Shown here in pieces: positions 18,128-26,192 of a stretch of DNA of 26,192 nucleotides; within the stretch, counting starts at the first letter, position 1, and every line of letters begins with the position of its first letter. The translations under genes and the position numbers were made by a program. The stretch comes from Candidatus Micrarchaeota archaeon. GTDB taxonomy: Archaea; Micrarchaeota; Micrarchaeia; Micrarchaeales; Micrarchaeaceae. The notes under the pieces were generated by a model. It ran no database searches. It had not been told where the DNA came from and saw only the letters and a program-made list of their open reading frames with translations. The stretch lies in contig DAHWIF010000006.1 in NCBI GenBank assembly GCA_027345565.1, forward strand, positions 1 to 26,192. The letters run 5' to 3'.

Positions 18128-20116
18128 ATGAGTCTTTACATATACACATTAGCAGCGGGATTCGTGGCATTGCTGTTCTCGTTGTGGGCCGCGCTCTCGA
18201 CGCTGAAGAAACCGGAGGGAACGCCGAAGATGATAGAGATATCGAAGGCGATACGTGCAGGGTCATCCGCATACCTCAACAGGCAGCTCAAGACCATAGT
18301 CGTATTCGGGATAATACTCGCGGTGGTGTTCTTCTTTCTGAAGAACGGCGCGCAGCTCGACATCGCGTTCGCAACAGGCGCGATAGCCTCGTATCTGACA
18401 GCTTTCATAGGCATGAGCGTAGCTGTAAGGGCTAACGTAAGGACGGCGAAGAGCGCGGAGAAGGGGATTGAGCAGGCGTTCAGGACGGCGATAATAGGGG
18501 GAAGCGTGACAGGCTTCGCTGCCGTGGGCTTCGGCCTGATAGGCTTAAGCCTGCTCCTCATGTACCTCACGATAGCAAACGTAGCGATACTGATAGGATT
18601 CGGCTTCGGCGCGTCCCTGATATCGCTGTTCGCTAGGGTCGGAGGCGGCATATACACGAAGGCTGCGGACGTCGGCGCAGACCTCGTCGGGAAGACAGAG
18701 CTCAACCTGCCGGAGGACGACCCGAGGAACCCGGCGGTGATAGCCGACAACGTCGGCGACAACGTCGGCGACTGCGCAGGCATGAGCGCCGACGTGTTCG
18801 AGAGCTATGCGGTCACGCTGGTAGCCGCGCTTCTCATAGCATCAAGCATAGCCTCAATCTATTACACCAAGCTGTTCTTCTACCCGCTGCTCGTAGCCGC
18901 TGCAGGGATTGTCGGCAGCCTGATCGCGATGCTCTTCATGAGAGCCAGGCGCGGCAACGCCATCAGGGCGCTCTACTCCGGGATACTTGCGGCTGTGATA
19001 ATATCGGGCGTGCTTGACCTCGCCCTTACGATGGCGATGGGACTGCCTCCCGGCTTCTACATAGCGGTGCTCGCAGGTCTCGTCCCCGCTATACTGATAT
19101 TCTGGATAACCGATTACTTCACGGGCAACCAGAGCAAGCCAGTCATAAAGATAGCAACCGCCTCGAAGGGCGGCGCCGGAACTAATGTCATAATGGGGCT
19201 CGCCGTGGGGCTCAGGAGCACATGGCTGCCGGTGCTTGTCATAATCGCTGCGATATTCGTGAGCTACGCGGCGACAGGCAGCGTATACGGCATAGGGATA
19301 GCCGCGGTAGGGATGCTCTCGCTCGCATCCATAATACTGACTATAGACTCGTTCGGCCCGATAACAGATAATGCTGGCGGCATAGCGGAGATGACCGGGC
19401 TTCCGCACTCCGTCAGGAAGGTCACCGACAAGCTTGACGCGATAGGCAACACCACCAAGGCAACCACGAAGGGCTATGCGATAGGGGGCGCAGCGCTCTC
19501 CGCGGTCGCGCTCTTCGTGGCGTTCGCGAGCGCCGTGGGCCTTCCGAGCATAAACGTGCTTGACCCGTTAGTGACGATAGGCATATTCATCGGCGCGCTG
19601 CTCCCGTTCATATTCTCATCATTCCTCATGGAAGCGGTCGGCCACGCAGCGAACCTGATGGTCGATGAGGTGAGGAGGCAGGTGCGCACCATAAAGGGGC
19701 TGATGCAGGGCAAGGCGAAGCCGGATTATGCCAGGGCGGTAGACATCGCGACAGTCAACGCGCTCAAGGCGCTTGTGGTACCGGAGCTAATCGCAATAAT
19801 CACGCCAATAGCGGTAGGCCTGGTGCTCGGGAAGGCGGCGCTCGGCGGCCTCCTTGTAGGCATGATACCAACGAGCTTCGTCCTAGCGCTCTTCATGGCT
19901 AATGCAGGCGGCGCGATGGACAACGCTAAGAAATACATAGAGTCGGGCAATTTCGGAGGCAAGGGAAGCGACGCGCACAAGGCCGCTGTCGTCGGCGACA
20001 CGCTGGGCGACCCGCTGAAGGACACCGCAGGGCCGTCGCTCAACTCGATGATAAAGGTGGTGAGCACAATATCTATATTGCTCGCACCCATATTCATTAT
20101 GTACGCAATCCTCTGA
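18128..20116 (+). CDS. hppA: Membrane H+-translocating pyrophosphatase, K+-independent type
   Basis: GGGIYTKAADVGADLVGK, DNVGDNVGD, GNTTKA (Lys at the K+-dependence determinant), GDTLGDPLKDTAGP. Confidence 0.96.
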   Translation: MSLYIYTLAAGFVALLFSLWAALSTLKKPEGTPKMIEISKAIRAGSSAYLNRQLKTIVVFGIILAVVFFFLKNGAQLDIAFATGAIASYLTAFIGMSVAVRANVRTAKSAEKGIEQAFRTAIIGGSVTGFAAVGFGLIGLSLLLMYLTIANVAILIGFGFGASLISLFARVGGGIYTKAADVGADLVGKTELNLPEDDPRNPAVIADNVGDNVGDCAGMSADVFESYAVTLVAALLIASSIASIYYTKLFFYPLLVAAAGIVGSLIAMLFMRARRGNAIRALYSGILAAVIISGVLDLALTMAMGLPPGFYIAVLAGLVPAILIFWITDYFTGNQSKPVIKIATASKGGAGTNVIMGLAVGLRSTWLPVLVIIAAIFVSYAATGSVYGIGIAAVGMLSLASIILTIDSFGPITDNAGGIAEMTGLPHSVRKVTDKLDAIGNTTKATTKGYAIGGAALSAVALFVAFASAVGLPSINVLDPLVTIGIFIGALLPFIFSSFLMEAVGHAANLMVDEVRRQVRTIKGLMQGKAKPDYARAVDIATVNALKALVVPELIAIITPIAVGLVLGKAALGGLLVGMIPTSFVLALFMANAGGAMDNAKKYIESGNFGGKGSDAHKAAVVGDTLGDPLKDTAGPSLNSMIKVVSTISILLAPIFIMYAIL

Positions 20117-20128
20117 CGCGGTGTTCCA

Positions 20129-20632
20129 TTGGACTACTACTTCCTCTACACGTTGGTACTTTATCCGATAATCTACATCTTCCCGGCATACGCCGCGAAC
20201 GGCGCGCCGGTCCTGTTCGGAAAGGGCAGGCCGCTCGACCGCGGGAAGAGTATAAGGGGCAAGCGCATATTCGGGAGCAACAAGACTAGGAGGGGGCTTG
20301 CCGCGAGCCTCATATGCGGCGTGCTTGTTGGAGTGATAGAGTATCCTTTCTTGCCATACATGCTCCCTATATCTGTGCTGCTCGCGCTCGGCGCCAACAT
20401 CGGCGACCTCGCCGGCAGCTTCATAAAGCGCCAGGCCGGCGTCCCTTCCGGAAGCGGCGTGCCGATACTCGACCAGTACGGCTTCTTCGTTGTTGCGCTG
20501 CTCCTCGCCGCGCCGCTTGGCCACCTGCCTAGTGCGTATGGTATCGCATTCCTCGTGGCGCTTACCGGCATACTCCATGTGCTGACGAACAGGGGCGCGC
20601 ACATGCTCAGGCTCAAGAAGGTCCCCTGGTAG
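20129..20632 (+). CDS. carS: CDP-archaeol synthase
   Basis: PAYAANGAPV, PLDxG, RIFGSNKTxRG, GDLAGSFIKR, PILDQ, C-terminal LKKVPW. Confidence 0.93.
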   Translation: MDYYFLYTLVLYPIIYIFPAYAANGAPVLFGKGRPLDRGKSIRGKRIFGSNKTRRGLAASLICGVLVGVIEYPFLPYMLPISVLLALGANIGDLAGSFIKRQAGVPSGSGVPILDQYGFFVVALLLAAPLGHLPSAYGIAFLVALTGILHVLTNRGAHMLRLKKVPW

Positions 20633-20678
20633 GCACATACCATATAGCTTTTAATATCTAAACCGGCAAGTAAATACG

Positions 20679-21740
20679 ATGACCGGGGCATCGAAATTCG
20701 CTGGGCTGGCTATGACGGCGCTGAAGTCGAACTTCAAGAGCCTTTCCAGGCCCTACAAGCTCAACTTCTGCGTGACGTACAACTGCCAGAGCAGATGTTT
20801 GACGTGCGGAATCTGGGAGATAAGGCCGAAAGGCGAGCTCACGATAGATGAGATAAGGCGGTTCTCAGAGAGGAACAACTACTTCAGGTGGATAGAGCTC
20901 ACTGGAGGGGAGCCGTTCCTGAGGAGCGACATAGCCGAGATAGCAAGAGCGTTCAAGCAGAGCTGCAAGGACCTTTACCTGATGACGATGCCTACGAATT
21001 CATTATGCAGCATAAATGCGGTCGAGAAAAGGCTAAGGGAGATACTCGCGCTCGGCATACCCAGGATAGTAGTGACGGTGAGCCTGGACGGCTGGAAGGA
21101 GCTGCACGACAAGATAAGGGGGGTGCCAGGCAACTTCGAGAAGGTGATGCAGGTCTACGGCATGATACAGGGCCTGAAGAAGGAGTACGGCACGATAGAT
21201 GCGGTATTCGGCTACACGATGAGCAAGTTCAACCAGGGCCAGTTCGAGCAGACCTACCAGGCGGTAAAGCAGCTCTTCCCGGATGTGACATACAACGACT
21301 TCCACATGAACCTGGCGCAGACGTCGGAAAACTACTACCAGAACGAGAGCATGGACATAAGGCCGGATTATGGCATGGCTGCCAAGGAGATAGAGTATTT
21401 CATAACCAAGAGGGGGAGCAGCGCAGACCCGATGGTAATAGTAGAGAATGCCTTCCTGAGGAAGCTTGTGGAGTTCGCAAGGACGCATAAGAGCCCGATG
21501 AGGAGCAGGAGCCTAGAAGCCTCGTTGTACCTCGACAGCTGTGGCAACGTCTACCCATCGATAATGTGGAACAAGAAGATAGGGAACATACGCGATGTCG
21601 AGTACGACCTGTCGAAGCTGTGGCACAGCGAGCCCGCGAACGAGGTCAGGAAGGATATACGGGAGGGCAGGCAGCCGAGCGAATGGACAGCATGCGAGGC
21701 GTACCAGTCGCTCACAGGGAGCGTGCTTAGCCTCTTATAG
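20679..21740 (+). CDS. Radical SAM protein with degenerate SPASM/Twitch-like C-terminus
   Basis: CQSRCLTC, LTGGEPFLR, VSLDG..HDKIRG, GNVYPS...IGNIR. Confidence 0.9.
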   Translation: MTGASKFAGLAMTALKSNFKSLSRPYKLNFCVTYNCQSRCLTCGIWEIRPKGELTIDEIRRFSERNNYFRWIELTGGEPFLRSDIAEIARAFKQSCKDLYLMTMPTNSLCSINAVEKRLREILALGIPRIVVTVSLDGWKELHDKIRGVPGNFEKVMQVYGMIQGLKKEYGTIDAVFGYTMSKFNQGQFEQTYQAVKQLFPDVTYNDFHMNLAQTSENYYQNESMDIRPDYGMAAKEIEYFITKRGSSADPMVIVENAFLRKLVEFARTHKSPMRSRSLEASLYLDSCGNVYPSIMWNKKIGNIRDVEYDLSKLWHSEPANEVRKDIREGRQPSEWTACEAYQSLTGSVLSLL

Positions 21741-21775
21741 ATTAGAAATCCGAATCGGATCGGTTAATCAATGGG

Positions 21776-23968
21776 CTAATGTCGCTTCCTGAGGTACAGC
21801 CACACAAGCGCGATTATGATTATCGCGATTATTATCACGATAGCTGCATACAGCGCAGCGTTGGATGGAGGCGGAGTGACAGGCGGGCTTACCACGGTCG
21901 TAGGTGCGACGGTAGTCGCCACAGTCAGTGCGGTTGTGGTAGGAACTGTTGTAACCGGGGACTCCATTATTGCGACGATCGGGTCTGGCGGCACAGTGAA
22001 TGTTATGGTGCATGCAGCTGCGTTTACAGTGAATGAAGCTATCTTGCTCCATGTCCCGTTAACGTATAAGTAGGGTGCAAGCCTGCCGGAAGGCAGCGAG
22101 CAGTTGTACGGCAATGTAATCGTGCGCGTCTGGTTCGATGAGGTTATGTTGTATGCTGTACCGACTATCGTATAGTTCTTCGGAGGTGTCGGAGGAGTTG
22201 ACACGGCCGTTCCTGGCACTGTCGTGGTTACCGGAACGATTGTGGTCGTTGCATGGCTTACCGTCGTGGTTGTTATCGTCGTAGTAGCAACAGGCAGTCC
22301 GCCTCCTGCTCCACCACCGCCACTGCCGCTTCCGTGCGATGTTATTGTGATCAGAGTAGAGTTGAATACGTAGTTGGCATTGTCTGTCGCATTCGCCCTG
22401 AACAGGAATGTCGATATCGCAGCCGGAGAAACTATTATGGTGTTCGTCGCGCCTGAGTTGGCTACGCTTACGCTGCCCATTGAGCGCCGTGTCGATGTGG
22501 TGACGTTGTACAGTGTTACTGTTGTAGGGCCGCTGCCGTTCAGCACCTCTATGGTGAACTTCACAGATGATCCATATACGGGTGTGGTAGTGTTAGGTGT
22601 CACTATAAGCGTAGGGATTGCATTAGCTGTCAGTGTATTTGTGAGTGTGTTTGATGTCGGTGTTGAAGCCGAATCGAAGACATTGGCAGATACTGTATAT
22701 GAGCCTGTAGCGCCTGTAGGCACAGTGAACGCAAGCGTATTTGAAGTTCCTGTCACACCTGTAAAGAGGACGTTCGCGATGGTTGCTACGGAATTGGATA
22801 TGATGATGTTGCCGGAGTAGTTTGGTGTGCCCCCTGACCATGTGTATACAATCGTCTCATGCTGGCCTACATCGACTATCGAGTTCGATACCGTCAATGA
22901 TACACCGGTAAGGGCGTTATTGACTGTTATCACGGAATTGCCCGGCGCGTTGAAGACGTAAGGTGTCGTTGTGCCTGTGTCTGTCACGATGATGTTGAAC
23001 GTGTAGGTGTTTGCGGTAGTTGGAGTGAATTTGAGGTTCGCGGTGCCTCCAAAGGCAATCCCTGTAACTGTGTTTGCTACAACACCATTGTTAGAATAGA
23101 CAAGGTTTGCTGTGAATGGACCGGTGCCTCCAGACAGGGTCGTCGATATTATGACATTCTGGCCTATGTCGAGAGTCTTTGTGGCAGGAGTTAGTGTTGT
23201 AGCTGTCGGTATGCTGTTGACTGTTATCGAATTTGAGATTGAATTGAATATGAACGGAGTCGATGTGCCAGTGTCGGTTGCGACCACGTTGAAGGTCTGG
23301 GTTCCCTCAGCGGGTATGTTTGCGCCGAATGTGACTGTGCCGGTGAAGCCAGCGCTCTCTGTTATCGTGTTTACCACCGTACTTGTCCCTGTGTTGATAA
23401 GATTGTATGTGAACGGTCCGGTGCCACCGCTGCTAATGACACTATAGACAACCGCCTGACCTGCGTCAAGGAACGTGTTGCTTGGGGTAAGCGATGTGAG
23501 GGTCGGCGCGGGGTCTACCTTAAATGTGTTGGTGAATTCAGGTATGCTGTTGGTTCCTGAGTCTACAGCATTGCCTGTCAGTGTCCATAGGCCGAATATC
23601 GTGTTCGAGGTACCTATGCCATTAGCATCGTATGTCACTCCGTTGAATGTCATCATCAGCGAGTTTGTCGATATCGCGTTTACGGTGAGGGCCAGCTCGT
23701 CGGTCGAAGGCAGCGGCTGCACTATCGTATTAGAGAGTGTAAGTGCGTTCGTACCAGACCATGCCCAGAAGCCGTTGTACGGCGGCAATCCTCCGCTTAT
23801 GAGCGCATTTATGGTGAAGCCCTGCCCGACATCTATCACGTTGCCTGGTGTGAATACACCATTTGCCGGGCTTGCTGTTAGGCCAGTTGCACCTGCTACA
23901 CCAACGATGAGCGTAAGGAATAGCGCGGGCAGGAGAACCGCCTTAAGGAGAAGCGTCTTGTTATTCAA
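21776..23968 (-). CDS. Secreted, membrane-anchored surface protein with beta-rich (Ig/PKD-like) repeats
   Basis: Signal peptide; ~98-aa repeats with (I/L/V)DxGQ...SGGTxP(F/Y); Gly linker and Thr/Pro stalk; C-terminal TM helix plus LRKRH; many N-x-S/T sequons. Confidence 0.85.
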   Translation of the reverse strand: MNNKTLLLKAVLLPALFLTLIVGVAGATGLTASPANGVFTPGNVIDVGQGFTINALISGGLPPYNGFWAWSGTNALTLSNTIVQPLPSTDELALTVNAISTNSLMMTFNGVTYDANGIGTSNTIFGLWTLTGNAVDSGTNSIPEFTNTFKVDPAPTLTSLTPSNTFLDAGQAVVYSVISSGGTGPFTYNLINTGTSTVVNTITESAGFTGTVTFGANIPAEGTQTFNVVATDTGTSTPFIFNSISNSITVNSIPTATTLTPATKTLDIGQNVIISTTLSGGTGPFTANLVYSNNGVVANTVTGIAFGGTANLKFTPTTANTYTFNIIVTDTGTTTPYVFNAPGNSVITVNNALTGVSLTVSNSIVDVGQHETIVYTWSGGTPNYSGNIIISNSVATIANVLFTGVTGTSNTLAFTVPTGATGSYTVSANVFDSASTPTSNTLTNTLTANAIPTLIVTPNTTTPVYGSSVKFTIEVLNGSGPTTVTLYNVTTSTRRSMGSVSVANSGATNTIIVSPAAISTFLFRANATDNANYVFNSTLITITSHGSGSGGGGAGGGLPVATTTITTTTVSHATTTIVPVTTTVPGTAVSTPPTPPKNYTIVGTAYNITSSNQTRTITLPYNCSLPSGRLAPYLYVNGTWSKIASFTVNAAACTITFTVPPDPIVAIMESPVTTVPTTTALTVATTVAPTTVVSPPVTPPPSNAALYAAIVIIIAIIIIALVWLYLRKRH

Positions 23969-24200
23969 TCAATGACCCCATGCTTGAATAAGTCTCATTA
24001 CTATAGGAAACAACATTTATAAAACCTTCTCACCTCCTTTCCATGGCTTTAAATCATTTTAAGCGCTGGCTATCTCATCCCGATGAACCTGCGCGAATGC
24101 CCTCTAGGGGGATTGCAAAACAACAAATTTCCACCAACATTTTGCTCAAAATCGCATTGCTTAAATATCAAAAAAGGCGTGTAGACATACGGTGAGATAA

Positions 24201-25016
24201 ATGTTTAAGCTTGTAAGCAGGGGAGAGAGCGCCCCGCGCGAGAACGTCCAGAATGCGATTGACTACGGCAAGGCCTGGGTCATAACGATTGTGGACTACG
24301 TTCAGCGAGGCAGCCACAGGCCTATAACAGACCTCGAAGACACGGAGTCCGCAAGGTGCAAAGGAATAGAAATGAGGGGACTTCTCTTGGACGAGTTACG
24401 CTCCAAAATTACGGAAGGCGCCGAGGAAATCAACCACGGTGTGGTGGCGATAGAGTGCGGAAAAACAGGCTGCCAAGCCGCATGGAAAATGTACGGGCCG
24501 CTCGCCAGGCTGCAAAGGCAGGAGATAGCAAGAGCCACCGCCAAAGCGGAAAAATTGTCGGACTGGGATTCCACCCGCGAACAGGCCCTGGAGAGACTCG
24601 CCTTCCTTAGGCACTGGAGCGGGGAGAATGAAAATAACATTCGAAGAATAATCCGCATGAGCAAGTGTGAGGTGGCAGATGAGGCCGAGCACCTCAGGCG
24701 CGAACCTCTTATGCCAAAGGAAAAGTTCATAATAAAGGCCGCGGTTTACGGAGGCATAGGCTTGGCAGCGGCCTCGCTGTTCCTCGATGCCGCCAGCGCG
24801 GCCGCAGAATTGCCGGTTGCGGCGTGGCTCGCTCCCCTTGCCGATGCAGGTGTGGTGCTGGCTGCCGGCGGCCTGGCTACCAAGCTGCCAAGAGTCGCGA
24901 TTTCGTTCTTCACAGGCATAAAAACCTCAATGAACAAGTTCCACCAGGAGGTCAACGAGCGCAGGCTAAGGATGCAGGAGAGGGATGCCGCCAGCGCGGC
25001 CAGCAAAGCCTCCTAG
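24201..25016 (+). CDS. Hypothetical protein with C-terminal hydrophobic hairpin
   Basis: 271-aa ORF preceded by TTAAATA and GGTGA; two Ala/Gly-rich hydrophobic segments. Confidence 0.7.
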   Translation: MFKLVSRGESAPRENVQNAIDYGKAWVITIVDYVQRGSHRPITDLEDTESARCKGIEMRGLLLDELRSKITEGAEEINHGVVAIECGKTGCQAAWKMYGPLARLQRQEIARATAKAEKLSDWDSTREQALERLAFLRHWSGENENNIRRIIRMSKCEVADEAEHLRREPLMPKEKFIIKAAVYGGIGLAAASLFLDAASAAAELPVAAWLAPLADAGVVLAAGGLATKLPRVAISFFTGIKTSMNKFHQEVNERRLRMQERDAASAASKAS

Positions 25017-25069
25017 GCGGAGGGGAGGGGAGGAGAGCTTATTTCTGGAGGGGAATGCTAGAGAACTAT

Positions 25070-25324
25070 TTACTTGTGATGGTCGTAATCAACGATTGCA
25101 ACAACCTTTTCCTTTTCGTTTATTGTATATTTCAACACGAAATGGCCTATGTGCTTTTCTCTAACCATCGCATACTCGCTGTGCATCCACTTTCCTACAC
25201 CTTTTGGGTTCTCTGCAAGCTAATCAAATACTTTTAAGATTCTTTTATAGCTCACACTGTCCTTCTTTATCATCTTCCTAAGCCTATCCCTTACACTATC
25301 GGCAATTGCCAATTCATAAGGCAT
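25070..25324 (-). pseudogene. relE: RelE/ParE-family toxin, 84 codons with in-frame TAG at codon 35 (25220-25222)
   Basis: Manual translation: MPYELAIADSVRDRLRKMIKKDSVSYKRILKVFD*LAENPKGVGKWMHSEYAMVREKHIGHFVLKYTINEKEKVVAIVDYDHHK. Not in the ORF track. Confidence 0.85.
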
Positions 25325-25340
25325 GGCTGCACCTGCCCAC

Positions 25341-25553
25341 TCAACCCCAAACGTCGTTCGCAAGTTCCCTTACAAACTTATACCTGTGGACCCTGCCCAT
25401 GGCTAGATCCCTAAGGCCAACGTCCAAGTGGGTAAGCTTCTTTTTCTTGAGCGCTGCTACTATGACGCTCATCTCAGCCTCTATTCTGTCCAGGCGCTTG
25501 TTTACCTGCCTGATATCCTTGACAACCTGGACTTGCTTTTCTCCGCCATTCAT
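25341..25553 (-). CDS. Putative antitoxin of the RelE pair
   Basis: 70 aa, 16 nt upstream of relE; GLRDLAMGRVHRY..VREL is typical of small antitoxins. Confidence 0.7.
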   Translation of the reverse strand: MNGGEKQVQVVKDIRQVNKRLDRIEAEMSVIVAALKKKKLTHLDVGLRDLAMGRVHRYKFVRELANDVWG

Positions 25554-25789
25554 CCTATCGCCTTACAAGTTAGTGGAAGTTCAATTATATAAAACTATCT
25601 GGCTTCTAGCCAGGCTTAGTCAAGCCAAATCCCCACGCCCAATCCAGATCCCTGGCAGGGCGGGAGGGGAGGATGAGAGAAGGGAGGCTGCTCTCGAAGG
25701 GGCTTTACAAAATAGCAAGGATTTACTCGTATTTGGGAAGAAAAAAGAACTTATAAATATCTGGATAGATAGAGGGTATTTGTGATAGA

Positions 25790-26192
25790 ATGCAAGCTAG
25801 CAGAGAAATTACAATCACGCCGGCGGGTATTCAATTGCTAAGAATGGGTTCGCAATGCACTGCTACGCTTAGATTAGGCAACGTGTCTGAGCCTGAGTTT
25901 GCTAAGCTTTCAAGTGCAGGCATGCTATCCCAAATAGGGCCCAAGGCGCCTGCTGGAATGATAGATTTTCAAGACACTTATCTAGGAAAAGAATTCTTTG
26001 GTGCGCTTGAGAAAGTGTTTAGAAGCGCTAGATTTTCTGGAATTGGCCAGCCCAAAAGCCCAATCACACTTAAGGTTGGCGATACAGTATTCAATGTAAC
26101 ACTTACTCAGCCAACACCGTTTGAGCGAACTATTATAGATGCCGCAGCGCACTCTGGCTATCAACTCGGAGAAGTTCTGAATGCTGCAGGTA
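25790..26192 (+). CDS. Hypothetical protein, partial (runs off window end)
   Basis: Open frame of 134 codons from ATG 25790 (MQASREITITPAGIQLLR...), preceded by TTATAAATA at 25751. Confidence 0.7.
   Translation, partial: MQASREITITPAGIQLLRMGSQCTATLRLGNVSEPEFAKLSSAGMLSQIGPKAPAGMIDFQDTYLGKEFFGALEKVFRSARFSGIGQPKSPITLKVGDTVFNVTLTQPTPFERTIIDAAAHSGYQLGEVLNAAG

Noticed and set aside
25015-25690. G/A-rich tracts on both sides of relBE as a direct repeat
   Set aside because: Low-complexity sequence with weak similarity; likely chance or terminator-like tracts.
1-26192. Genome-wide reassignment of TAG to an amino acid
   Set aside because: TAG ends about ten ORFs, including pth2 (LKLL) and carS (KKVPW) exactly at their conserved C-termini. 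No pyl genes are in the window.

Overview
Archaeal chromosomal segment, probably DPANN/Micrarchaeota-like (inferred from gene content, TATA promoters with short leaders and the short AlaRS; not verifiable here). Housekeeping genes: priS (partial), GGPP synthase, pth2, ilvE, MGMT, pelota, alaS, K+-independent H+-PPase and carS. Accessory material: vapBC with a deleted toxin, an AbiE type IV TA pair between 60-bp direct repeats, an AAA+/DUF4143 ATPase, an Exo5/Cas4-like nuclease, relBE and a surface protein. Most notable: (1) two otherwise full-length genes for ribosomal A-site factors, pelota and a RelE toxin, each carry one in-frame TAG in the same GAT-TAG context, although TAG is a normal stop for about ten other ORFs here; (2) two or three unassigned, strongly base-paired candidate RNAs (4547-4669 minus, 17838-18017 plus, 17688-17763 plus); (3) the repeat-bounded AbiE cassette upstream of pelota. 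No CRISPR array, tRNA, rRNA, transposase or integrase was seen.
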